Assembly (NCBI GenBank): GCA_028687915.1 | Contig: JAQTZF010000001.1 | Location: forward strand, 610,634-674,633 | DNA: 64,000 nucleotides | Direction: 5' to 3' | Origin: Candidatus Daviesbacteria bacterium | Lineage (GTDB): Bacteria > Patescibacteriota > Microgenomatia > Daviesbacterales > UBA10151 | Shown here: positions 28,370 through 37,937 of the stretch, one piece after another | Layout of the letters: every line of letters starts with the position of its first letter | Numbering within the stretch: position 1 is the stretch's first letter | Translations under genes and position numbers: made by a program | The notes under the pieces: generated by a model | Database searches by the model: none | What the model saw: the letters and a program-made list of their open reading frames with translations, nothing else | Told to the model about the DNA's origin: nothing

Positions 28370-28431
28370 TTAATTTTCTAGCTTTTTAAAGAGGCATTTA
28401 ATTCGGGTATTTTTCGTGTTAAAATAGGCAT

Positions 28432-30405
28432 ATGTCAAAATTTAAGATTATTTCTGACTTTAAGCCTACTGGAGATCAGCCCCAAGCTATAGAAAAGCTG
28501 GTAAAAGGTATTAATGATAAAAAACAACATCAAGTTTTACTTGGTGTAACTGGTAGTGGAAAAACTTTCACTATGGCTCAAATTATTCAGAAGGTTGATA
28601 AGCCTACTCTAATTATTTCTCATAATAAAACTTTGGCAGGACAATTAGCTCAGGAGTTTAGGTCCTTATTTCCGGAAAATGCTGTTGAGTATTTTGTGTC
28701 TTATTATGATTATTATCAGCCTGAGGCTTACGTTCCCCAATCAGATACTTATATTGAAAAAGAAGCACAAATTAATGAAGAGATAGAGAAGTTGAGGCTT
28801 TCTACAACAGCTTCCTTAATGACTCGTAAGGATATTATTGTAGTAGCATCAGTTTCTGCCATCTATAACTTAGGTTCTCCGGTAGAATATGGCCAGGCAA
28901 TTCTGGAAATTAAAAAGGGCATGAAAGCCAGTATGCATTCTATATTGAAAATCCTCACAACTATTTATTACGAAAGAAATGATATCGATTTTAAGAGAGG
29001 TACATTTCGTTTACGGGGAGATACTTTAGATATTTTTCCTGCTTATAAAGATGAAGCTTTAAGGGTTGAATTTTTGGGAGATGATATTCAAAAAATTTAT
29101 ACACTAAATCCTGTTTCAGGTGAAACTATACCAGCTTCAGATACTCAGGTAATTTATCCTTCAAAACACTACGTAACTCCTATGCAAAGGTTAATTCCGG
29201 CAGTCAAGCAAATTGAAGATGATTTAGAAGACAGATTAAAGCAGCTAAGAGATCAGGGTAAACTACTGGAAGCACAAAGATTAGAGCAAAGGACTTTTTA
29301 TGATTTGGAAATGATTAAACAATATGGTTATTGTAATGGTATAGAAAATTATTCCAGATATTTTGATGGAAGAAATCCTGGTGATCCTCCATATACTTTG
29401 CTTGATTACTTTTCAGATGATTATTTAATTATTATTGATGAATCCCATATGTCTTTACCACAAATCAGGGGAATGTATAACGGTGACAGAGCCAGAAAAG
29501 AGACTTTGATTGATTTTGGATTTAGACTACCTTCTGCTTTGGATAATAGACCTCTTAAATTTGATGAATTTATGCGAAAAATTAATCAGGTGATTTATAC
29601 TTCAGCAACACCAAATGAATATGAATTATCTCTTGTAGGGCCTGACGGAATAGCAGAACAATTAGTGCGTCCAACTGGTATTTTAGACCCGGAAATAAGT
29701 GTGCGCCCAAGTAGAAATCAGGTTGCAGATTTATTAAAGGAAATAGAGATAAGGGTAAAAAAAGGTGAACGAACTATTGTTACTACCATGACTAAGCGGA
29801 TGGCAGAGGATTTATCAGAATATTTGCATGAAAAAGGAATAAAGGTCACATATTTGCACTCTGATATTAAAACTATGGAGCGGGGAGATATATTGCAATC
29901 GTTAAGGCTAGGGGAGTTTGATGTGATTGTTGGTATAAACTTACTTCGTGAAGGATTGGATTTGCCTGAAGTTTCACTTGTGGCAATATTGGATGCAGAC
30001 AAAGAAGGATTCTTAAGATCCAGATCTGCATTAATTCAGAGTATGGGAAGAGCTGCAAGGCACATTCAAGGCAAGGTTATTATGTATGCTGATCATATTA
30101 CTGGCTCAATGGAAGCTGCGATAGAAGAAGTAAAAAGACGTCGTGAATATCAAACAGAATTTAATAAAAAACATAATATAACTCCAAAACCAATTGTAAA
30201 AGCACTTCGGGATAGACTAATAGATAAAGTAGAAGAGCTAGAAGAAGAATTAGGAAATAAGGATTTTTCAATAACAGATATTCCACCTAGTGAAAGGGCA
30301 AGAATGGCAAAGAATTTAGAAGAACAAATGAAGCAGGCAGCAGAAATGCAGGATTTTGAGTCAGCAGCAAGATTACGAGACCAGATTAAAGAATTAAGTA
30401 TTTAA
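28432..30405 (+). CDS. uvrB: excinuclease ABC subunit B
   Basis: full-length UvrB: GDQPQAI, GVTGSGKTF, helicase motifs, C-terminal UVR domain (FESAARLRDQI). Confidence 0.95.
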   Translation: MSKFKIISDFKPTGDQPQAIEKLVKGINDKKQHQVLLGVTGSGKTFTMAQIIQKVDKPTLIISHNKTLAGQLAQEFRSLFPENAVEYFVSYYDYYQPEAYVPQSDTYIEKEAQINEEIEKLRLSTTASLMTRKDIIVVASVSAIYNLGSPVEYGQAILEIKKGMKASMHSILKILTTIYYERNDIDFKRGTFRLRGDTLDIFPAYKDEALRVEFLGDDIQKIYTLNPVSGETIPASDTQVIYPSKHYVTPMQRLIPAVKQIEDDLEDRLKQLRDQGKLLEAQRLEQRTFYDLEMIKQYGYCNGIENYSRYFDGRNPGDPPYTLLDYFSDDYLIIIDESHMSLPQIRGMYNGDRARKETLIDFGFRLPSALDNRPLKFDEFMRKINQVIYTSATPNEYELSLVGPDGIAEQLVRPTGILDPEISVRPSRNQVADLLKEIEIRVKKGERTIVTTMTKRMAEDLSEYLHEKGIKVTYLHSDIKTMERGDILQSLRLGEFDVIVGINLLREGLDLPEVSLVAILDADKEGFLRSRSALIQSMGRAARHIQGKVIMYADHITGSMEAAIEEVKRRREYQTEFNKKHNITPKPIVKALRDRLIDKVEELEEELGNKDFSITDIPPSERARMAKNLEEQMKQAAEMQDFESAARLRDQIKELSI

Positions 30406-30407
30406 CT

Positions 30408-30641
30408 CTATATTAAGTTTATCCTTGGTGTAAATTCTTTCGGTCTATCGCATAAGTGATTGGATTTAATAAGTTGATTTGGTGTTGTGCAGGTTCTTAT
30501 TCCTTTTTCTGCGACTGCGCTTGAAGCTTGAGCAATCATCTTTTTGCTAAAAGAAGCCCTTTCATGGCTATTTGAATTGTCTGAATTTTCTTTCCAAAGA
30601 GCGCAATCTTCACAACTGGGGGGAATATGAGCTTCAATCAT
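30408..30641 (-). CDS. small Cys-containing hypothetical protein
   Basis: 77-aa ORF convergent with uvrB; no family recognised. Confidence 0.25.
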   Translation of the reverse strand: MIEAHIPPSCEDCALWKENSDNSNSHERASFSKKMIAQASSAVAEKGIRTCTTPNQLIKSNHLCDRPKEFTPRINLI

Positions 30642-30823
30642 ATAACTATTTTAGACCCTTAAAAAATTTATATCAACCCTTTTGAAGCTAGGCAAAATGT
30701 TTTTTATATACCTTTGAACCTAATTGTGGTATTATAGGCTCTTGAAAAAAAATTTAGTTTGGTAAATAATAGAAGGGTACTGTATCTGTTATTGGCCTGC
30801 CCCCTACTAAACTTGTATACGAT

Positions 30824-33800
30824 ATGCAATATAGAGAGGCAGTATTATTTGTTAAGAATAAGTTTAGAGGTGTTTATTCCAGAAAGGTTAGCTTCGAAAC
30901 CCTAAAATCCAGATTTTTCACACAAAAGACTTTTTCTATTCTTCCAAAGAATGATGATTGCATGATTGGTGCGGGTTATATTCATAAGGGCAAAAAACTA
31001 ATTACTCACACAACCCTTCATTTCAACAATTCGGCCCTCAGAACTTTTGTACCATGGCAAATTTTAGCCATGATTGTTATTGCTATTACCTTAGTTGCAG
31101 GGTTAATTATTCACCCCTTAACTGTTGCAGCTATTATTTTGGGATTACTTAGTATTGTGTACTTTAGTGATACTCTTTTTAACATATATGTAATATTAAG
31201 AAGTTTATATTTTCCTCCTGAAGTTAGTTTGAGCCGAAGAAAGATCAACAATATTGATGATGAAAAGCTGCCAATTTATACAATTCTTTGTCCTCTTTAT
31301 CGTGAAGTAAAGATCTTACCTTCCTTTTTAAAAAGCATGGAAAATCTTGATTGGCCAAAAGACAGGCTGGAAGTAATTTTGTTATTAGAAGAAAACGATA
31401 TGGAAACCCAACAAGCTGCTTTGGCGCTACAACCCCCTTTTTATGTCCGAACTTTAATTGTTCCGCATTCTGAACCTAAAACGAAGCCTAAAGCTTGTAA
31501 TTATGGCTTAGGGTATGCAAATGGAGAATATTTAGTTATTTATGACGCAGAAGATAAACCAGATCCTGACCAATTAAAGAAAGCCTACTTGGGATTTTTA
31601 CGTTCACCCAAAGATATTGTTTGTTTACAGGCAAAGCTAAATTATTACAATCCAAATCAAAATCTTTTAACCAGGTTATTTACAGCTGAATATTCACTGT
31701 GGTTTGATATTATGCTTACAGGATTACAAACTATAAATACTGCCCTTCCTTTGGGTGGAACCAGTAATCACTTTAAAACTAAGGTATTAAGAGAGTTACA
31801 AGGTTGGGATCCTTTTAATGTTACTGAGGATTGTGATTTAGGAATTAGGCTTTTTAAAAATGGTTATAAGACTGCAGTTATTGATTCCACAACACTTGAA
31901 GAAGCAAATAGTAATTTTAAAAACTGGTTAAGACAAAGATCCAGATGGATAAAAGGCTACTTTCAAACCTTTTTTATTCACAACAGGCATCCTGTAGAAT
32001 TTTTTAGAAAACAGGGAATTCATGCATTAGTTTTTCAATTGATAATTGGTGCCAGGATGTCATTCATGCTAATTAATCCATTCTTATGGTTGATGACTAT
32101 CTCTTATTTTCTTTTATATTCAATAGTTGGACCGACAATTGAATCTTTCTATCCAAGTTATATTTTTTATATGGCTGTGTTCTCTTTAGTGTTTGGTAAT
32201 TTTATTTATCTTTATAACTATATGTTGGGTTGTGCTAAAAGAGGACAATGGAGCTTAGTAAAGTTTGTTTTTCTTATTCCATTTTATTGGTTAATGGCCT
32301 CAGCTGCTGCCTTAATTGCTTTTTATCAACTTTTAACTAAACCTCATTACTGGGAAAAAACAATTCATGGTCTTCATCTAAAAACAGAAGAAATAACAGA
32401 AGAAATAACAGAAGAAATAACAGAAATTACCCAGGAAGCAATTCCTGATTACACACTTTCCGGGTTTCCCAAAAGAATTAGGTTAAGATTACAGCAATTG
32501 ATTGGGGAACAACAGATTTTTGTAAGTGGAATTATATTAGTTAGTTCTAGCTTATTATCAAATTTCCTATACTTTGCCCTTAATACATATTTGGGCAGGA
32601 GTTTGAGTTTTGAAGAATATGGAGAGTTAAGTCTTTTTACAAGTTTTCTTTTTATTGCCTCAATTCCATTAGGGGCTTTGTCTACTACTGTTTCCCATAA
32701 AGTAGCTTATCTATTTGGAAAATATACAAAAGAAAAAGCTAAAAGTTATTTAAATCAAACAGTTCCATTTGCATTAATATCAGCTATTTTTCTATCTCTG
32801 CTTTGGCTGATTTCAATTCCGGTTTTAATAAGTTTTTTTCACTATGAATCTATATTACCATTTATATTATTTACTCCTGTGTGGGCAATAGGATTACTTA
32901 ATGCAAATTTTGGCGGATACTTACAAGGTATTTTATCTTTTAGCAAATTAGGGATTATTTCTATAACAGAGGTATTGGTTAAATTAGCAGTTGTAGTTTT
33001 AATGGTTAATTTTGGTTTTCATAGTTATGTAGTGATTGTATTTCCAATTTCAATGTTAGTTTCACTACTTTTAACATGGAAAACAGTTTCTAAAATTAAG
33101 CGTGAGCCAACACAAGCTTCAGAGCTACGTTTTGATAAAACTTTTTTCACTGTTTCTACTTTATCAGGATTATCAACAATTTCATTTTTGGGTGTAGATA
33201 TCATTCTTGCTAAACATTTTTTAAGTCCTTTTGAAGCAGGTCAGTATGGAGTTTTAAGTTTGGTTGGTAAAATGACATTCTTCGGAGGATCTTTGCTTCT
33301 TCCTTTTGTAATTCCAATTGTTGCGAAAAATGATGGCGCAGGAAAGAATAGTAAAACTGCCTTTTTATTTTTACTCGGCTTAACAGGATTTATTATTAGT
33401 TCTGCTTATATTGTATTAGGTATTTTTGGTAATATTTTTGTTCCATTTTTATTTGGTTCAAAGTCTTTAAGTATATTGTCTTATCTAAATGTTTATTTAT
33501 TGGGAATTGGTTTATACGCTATTACCAGGCCAATTACTCAATATTTTCAGGCAAAAAAGAATTATTTATTTACAATTCCTGGTATTTTGCTTTGTGTTGT
33601 AGAGGTGATTTTATTATCCCTCTTTCATAATAGTTTAAACCAGTTTGTTCAGATGATATTTTATGCAAGTATATTTCATGTAATTTTAATTCTTTTTGTT
33701 TATATATTTAAGAGTCAACTAGCGGTACTTATTTCAAATTTAAAGGATCTTCAGGGTTTAGCAGCTTTAAGGATTTCAAAAAAAGAGCTAAGGGAACAAT

Positions 33801-34978
33801 CAGTACAAGGGCTAAGAATATTAATATTTAATTGGAGAGATACAAAACATATATGGTCTGGAGGAGCAGAGAGTTATGTACATGAAGTAGCCAAAGAATG
33901 GGTAAATAACGGTAATAAGGTTACATTATTTTGTGGAAATGACGGGCATTGCGCTAGATACGAAATAGTTGACGGTGTAGAGGTAATACGCCGCGGAGGT
34001 TTTTATACAGTTTACATTTGGGCGTTCCTATATTATGTAAGATTTTTTAGAGGATTGTATGATGTAATTATTGATTCTGAAAATGGTTTACCATTCTTTA
34101 CTCCTCTTTATTGTTTTAAACCTAAGTTTTTACTAATTCATCATATCCATCAGGAGGTATTTCATGAGCATTTAAAGTTTCCTCTATCAATTATTGCAAT
34201 GTTCTTAGAAGGCAAGTTAATGCCTTTCATATATAAGAATCAAAGAATCATCACTGTATCGGAATCATCTAAAAGAGCAATTTTAAGAATAAAGCTAGGA
34301 TCAGAAGAAAATATTGAGGTAATGAATCCTGGGGTTGAATTAGATTTATTTAAAAAGATGAGGAAAACAGACTATCCATCTTTTGTATATTTAGGAAGAT
34401 TAAAACCTTATAAAAATATTGATATTGCAATTAAGGCTTTTAAGGAAGTTGTCAAAGAATATCCAGAAGCGAGATTTAATATTGCAGGATTTGGCGAAAG
34501 TCTATATCCGTTAAAAAAATTAACAAAAGAATTAAAATTAGATAAAAAGATAAATTTTTTAGGAAAGGTAACAGATGTAGAAAAAGCAGAACTTTTAGCA
34601 ACCAGTTGGGTGATGATACAGCCTTCCATGATAGAAGGATGGGGAATTACAGTAATAGAAGCAAACGCTGCCGGTACACCTGTTATAGCATCTAAAGTTT
34701 CAGGTTTGACAGATTCGGTATTAGATGGAAAAACAGGATTTTTGGTTAATCCTAAGGTTATAAAAGATTTTACAGAAACAATGATTCAATTAATTAAGCA
34801 TAAAACATTGAGAGATTCGTTAAGTTCTGAGGCGTATAAATGGTCCAGAAACTTTTCCTGGAAAAACAATGCTTCAAAATTATATTTATTAATTGAGGAT
34901 ATTCTGGAAACAAATATTATTCCTTCGCTTGAACCTTATACCACAGTAGCACAGGATGTTAGCTTTTCTAAAAAATGA
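30824..34978 (+). CDS. giant fusion: processive GT2 glycosyltransferase + multi-TM Wzx/MATE-like flippase region + C-terminal GT4 (Glycos_transf_1)
   Basis: GT2: DAED (DxD), TEDCDLGIRL, QRSRWIKG (QxxRW); central >=12 TM helices; C-term EGWGITVIEANAAGTPVIASKVSGLTDSVLDGKTGFLV GT4 motif. Confidence 0.7.
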   Translation: MQYREAVLFVKNKFRGVYSRKVSFETLKSRFFTQKTFSILPKNDDCMIGAGYIHKGKKLITHTTLHFNNSALRTFVPWQILAMIVIAITLVAGLIIHPLTVAAIILGLLSIVYFSDTLFNIYVILRSLYFPPEVSLSRRKINNIDDEKLPIYTILCPLYREVKILPSFLKSMENLDWPKDRLEVILLLEENDMETQQAALALQPPFYVRTLIVPHSEPKTKPKACNYGLGYANGEYLVIYDAEDKPDPDQLKKAYLGFLRSPKDIVCLQAKLNYYNPNQNLLTRLFTAEYSLWFDIMLTGLQTINTALPLGGTSNHFKTKVLRELQGWDPFNVTEDCDLGIRLFKNGYKTAVIDSTTLEEANSNFKNWLRQRSRWIKGYFQTFFIHNRHPVEFFRKQGIHALVFQLIIGARMSFMLINPFLWLMTISYFLLYSIVGPTIESFYPSYIFYMAVFSLVFGNFIYLYNYMLGCAKRGQWSLVKFVFLIPFYWLMASAAALIAFYQLLTKPHYWEKTIHGLHLKTEEITEEITEEITEITQEAIPDYTLSGFPKRIRLRLQQLIGEQQIFVSGIILVSSSLLSNFLYFALNTYLGRSLSFEEYGELSLFTSFLFIASIPLGALSTTVSHKVAYLFGKYTKEKAKSYLNQTVPFALISAIFLSLLWLISIPVLISFFHYESILPFILFTPVWAIGLLNANFGGYLQGILSFSKLGIISITEVLVKLAVVVLMVNFGFHSYVVIVFPISMLVSLLLTWKTVSKIKREPTQASELRFDKTFFTVSTLSGLSTISFLGVDIILAKHFLSPFEAGQYGVLSLVGKMTFFGGSLLLPFVIPIVAKNDGAGKNSKTAFLFLLGLTGFIISSAYIVLGIFGNIFVPFLFGSKSLSILSYLNVYLLGIGLYAITRPITQYFQAKKNYLFTIPGILLCVVEVILLSLFHNSLNQFVQMIFYASIFHVILILFVYIFKSQLAVLISNLKDLQGLAALRISKKELREQSVQGLRILIFNWRDTKHIWSGGAESYVHEVAKEWVNNGNKVTLFCGNDGHCARYEIVDGVEVIRRGGFYTVYIWAFLYYVRFFRGLYDVIIDSENGLPFFTPLYCFKPKFLLIHHIHQEVFHEHLKFPLSIIAMFLEGKLMPFIYKNQRIITVSESSKRAILRIKLGSEENIEVMNPGVELDLFKKMRKTDYPSFVYLGRLKPYKNIDIAIKAFKEVVKEYPEARFNIAGFGESLYPLKKLTKELKLDKKINFLGKVTDVEKAELLATSWVMIQPSMIEGWGITVIEANAAGTPVIASKVSGLTDSVLDGKTGFLVNPKVIKDFTETMIQLIKHKTLRDSLSSEAYKWSRNFSWKNNASKLYLLIEDILETNIIPSLEPYTTVAQDVSFSKK
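32384..32431 (+). repeat. in-frame 12-bp tandem repeat ACAGAAGAAATA x3.x encoding (EEIT)n linker inside the fusion GT
   Basis: three perfect units 32384-32419 plus degenerate fourth. Confidence 0.8.
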
Positions 34979-35871
34979 AAAATATATTATCAATTACCAT
35001 TGGAATACCTGCCTACAATGAGGAAGAAAATATTGGACATCTTCTTAGCTCATTAATATTACAAGAGAGAAAAGGATTTAAGATAAATGAAATTATTGTT
35101 ATTTCTGATGGAAGTACTGATAAGACCTCTGAGCAGGTAATGAGCATTAATAATAAATTAATTAGATTAATTGAGGGTAAGAATAGGAAAGGACAAAATA
35201 TCCGTCAAAACGAGATTATAAAATCTATGTCCAAACGGTCTGATTGTTTACTATTAATTGAGGCAGACATTTTACCGAAAGATAGTAAATATATTTCAAG
35301 ATTGGTTGAAATGGTTCCTTATGATAAGAGATTTAGTTTAATTACTGGTAGTTTTGTACCAATACCAACAGGTAATTTATTTGCAAAAATTATCATCTTT
35401 GGTTTTGAACTACGAAGTGAGTTTTTTAAAGCTAATAGGAATGGGTTAAGTTTATATTTATGTAATGGTCCTAAATTACTTTCGAAAGATTTTTTAAAAA
35501 CATTCTTGTGGAGCGAGAATTTTCATGAGGATTCATATTGCTACAGAGAGGCGCTAAAGTCTGATTTAGAAATTTATAGAAACCCGAGTGCAATTGCTTA
35601 TTATCGTTCTGCAGAAAACTTTAATGATTATTTAATTCAAAGTGGTAAATTTCAAAAAGCCAAGGATAAAGAAGACTCTTATTCTGATATTTATAAACTT
35701 AACGTGAGTTACGTAGAGATTTTAAAAATTATCCAAAAATTCTTTTTCAGAAATCCTTTTATGTTTACATCATATATTTCGCTGGTATTAATTTCAAGAA
35801 TATATAGCCAATTTTTACCAAGATATACTGTGTTCTGGAAAATTTATAAGTCTACTAAAAAAGGATTCTGA
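34975..35871 (+). CDS. glycosyltransferase family 2
   Basis: ITIGIPAYNEEENIGHLLSSL...VISDGSTD GT-A N-terminal motifs. Confidence 0.7.
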   Translation: MKNILSITIGIPAYNEEENIGHLLSSLILQERKGFKINEIIVISDGSTDKTSEQVMSINNKLIRLIEGKNRKGQNIRQNEIIKSMSKRSDCLLLIEADILPKDSKYISRLVEMVPYDKRFSLITGSFVPIPTGNLFAKIIIFGFELRSEFFKANRNGLSLYLCNGPKLLSKDFLKTFLWSENFHEDSYCYREALKSDLEIYRNPSAIAYYRSAENFNDYLIQSGKFQKAKDKEDSYSDIYKLNVSYVEILKIIQKFFFRNPFMFTSYISLVLISRIYSQFLPRYTVFWKIYKSTKKGF

Positions 35872-35877
35872 AAAAAT

Positions 35878-36804
35878 ATGAAAAATAATCTTCCAACTGT
35901 CTCGATTTGTATCCCAGCTTATAACGAAGAGGAGAACATTAAATCACTTTTAGTTTCACTGCTTAGTCAGAAACATAAAAAATTTGTCTTAGAAGATATA
36001 ATTGTTCGTTTAGATGCTAGCACAGATAAAACATATGAAATAGTAAATTCACTGAGTAAAAAACATGAAACTATAAAGTTAATAAAAGGGTCTGTAAGAA
36101 AAGGTAAATATTTTAGAGTTAATGAGGCTTTTAGAAACTGTAAAACTGATGTATTGGTAATTCTAGATGCAGACATAGCCTTAGTCGGGAAGGACTTTTT
36201 AGAAAAATTAATAGATGTTATATCTTCAAATAAGAAAGCTGTACTTGTTTCGGCTCATCAAATTTCACTACAACCGTCTGATTTTATCGGAAAGATTATT
36301 CATACACATTTTGAGATGTGGAGTTACATAAGGTTAAATTTTCCTAATCAAAATAGTGCACTCAATTATTTAGGCTCTGCCACAGCATATCGAGGTTCTT
36401 TTGTCTGTTCAATTAATATGCCATCATCATTATCTGATCCTCATCTATATATTTTTATGAAAGCCAGAGAGGTGAATGGCTTTATATATTGCAAGACAGC
36501 TGAAATATTGGTCTGGCCTATCTCAACGATTTCTGATTTAAAAAAATTCCTGCAACGTTCCATTGGTAAAAAAGATAATGAATTAATAAAATTATTCGGA
36601 AAAGATATTGAGAGTATTTACTATATTCCAACAGGATACAAAATTAAAGGAATTGTTAAATCATTGATCAGACAACCATTTTATACCCCTTTGGCAATAG
36701 TATTGTCCCTCTATATATCTATATTTGTACTTAAAAATATCAAAAAGAAGAATTCTGCTGTTTGGGATATTGTGAAGTCAACAAAAAAGCCTTTTTCACA
36801 ATGA
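35878..36804 (+). CDS. glycosyltransferase family 2 (tandem paralog)
   Basis: VSICIPAYNEEENIKSLL...LDADIA. Confidence 0.7.
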   Translation: MKNNLPTVSICIPAYNEEENIKSLLVSLLSQKHKKFVLEDIIVRLDASTDKTYEIVNSLSKKHETIKLIKGSVRKGKYFRVNEAFRNCKTDVLVILDADIALVGKDFLEKLIDVISSNKKAVLVSAHQISLQPSDFIGKIIHTHFEMWSYIRLNFPNQNSALNYLGSATAYRGSFVCSINMPSSLSDPHLYIFMKAREVNGFIYCKTAEILVWPISTISDLKKFLQRSIGKKDNELIKLFGKDIESIYYIPTGYKIKGIVKSLIRQPFYTPLAIVLSLYISIFVLKNIKKKNSAVWDIVKSTKKPFSQ

Positions 36805-37937
36805 CTAAATTAATTAAACCAAAGATAATTATTTCATCTTATGATGATCTTAAAAATCCTTTTTATGGTGGTGGCGGTGCTGTCGCAATTCATGAGGTTT
36901 TTAAGAGATTAACAAATAATTATCAAGTGGTAGTTCTAACAGGAACGTATCCAGGTTCAAAAAACATCGTTGTTGATAAAATATTGTATCAAAGAATTGG
37001 AAGCTCATTGTTAGGGCCACGAATAGGTCAATTAATATTTCAATTACTTTTACCATATTATGCGGTAGTAAAAGAATACAATCTTTGGATAGAAAGCTTT
37101 ACTCCGCCCTTTTCTACTGCCTGTTTACAATTATTTACAAAAAAGCCAGTAGTTGGACTTGTTCATATGCTTTGTGCAAGTGATATGCAAAGAAAATATA
37201 AAATTCCTTTTGGGGTTTTAGAGGCGTTAGAAAATATAGGACTTAAAACATATAGACACTTTATTGTGTTGACCGAAAGTACAAAATTAAAAATCGTTCA
37301 TATTAATCGAAGAGCTTCATTTTTACGTGTATCTAATGGAATCTCATTACCTAAGAACTATTTAATCCAAAACAAAAAAATAGGAGAATATATATTATTC
37401 TTGGGAAGAATTGAGGTAAATCAAAAAGGTCTTGATCTGCTTTTAAAATCATACAAATCTTTTCTAAAAGAAGATAACATGCAGCTTATTATTGCTGGTT
37501 TTGGTGTCAAATCTGAAGAAAAAAAACTAGTTAACTTAATTTCAGATTTAGGATTAAATAAAAAAGTTAAGTTTATTGGTCGAGTCACAGGAACTACGAA
37601 AGATAGATTGCTTAAGTATGCTTCATTTATAGTAATTTCTTCTAGATTTGAAACATTTTCACTGGTGGCTTTGGAGGCATTATCTTTTTCTTTGCCATTA
37701 ATTACTTTCGATATTGATGGATTGAAGTGGATTCCTAAAAATAGTGTAATTAAAGTGAAGCCTTTTGACGTGAATTTATTGACAAAGGAGATGCTTCGGC
37801 TAGCAACAGATAACCATTTAAGAACTAGCCTGGGTTCCTGTGGCCAGTTATATGTAAAGAATCTATCCTGGGATAATCTAGCCAAACAATACGATCAATA
37901 TATTACTAAAGTTAGTATAGGAAGTAATTATGAATGA
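36801..37937 (+). CDS. glycosyltransferase family 1/GT4 (start ATG 36801, ATGA overlap with upstream stop)
   Basis: GT-B pattern; FETFSLVALEALSFSLPLITFDIDGL. Confidence 0.65.
   Translation: MTKLIKPKIIISSYDDLKNPFYGGGGAVAIHEVFKRLTNNYQVVVLTGTYPGSKNIVVDKILYQRIGSSLLGPRIGQLIFQLLLPYYAVVKEYNLWIESFTPPFSTACLQLFTKKPVVGLVHMLCASDMQRKYKIPFGVLEALENIGLKTYRHFIVLTESTKLKIVHINRRASFLRVSNGISLPKNYLIQNKKIGEYILFLGRIEVNQKGLDLLLKSYKSFLKEDNMQLIIAGFGVKSEEKKLVNLISDLGLNKKVKFIGRVTGTTKDRLLKYASFIVISSRFETFSLVALEALSFSLPLITFDIDGLKWIPKNSVIKVKPFDVNLLTKEMLRLATDNHLRTSLGSCGQLYVKNLSWDNLAKQYDQYITKVSIGSNYE

Noticed and set aside
28397-28431. Shared GGT(N)TTTTCG(N)G motif upstream of uvrB and uvrA (47204-47216) as an SOS box
   Set aside because: Only two loose occurrences, no dyad symmetry, absent upstream of lexA; insufficient.
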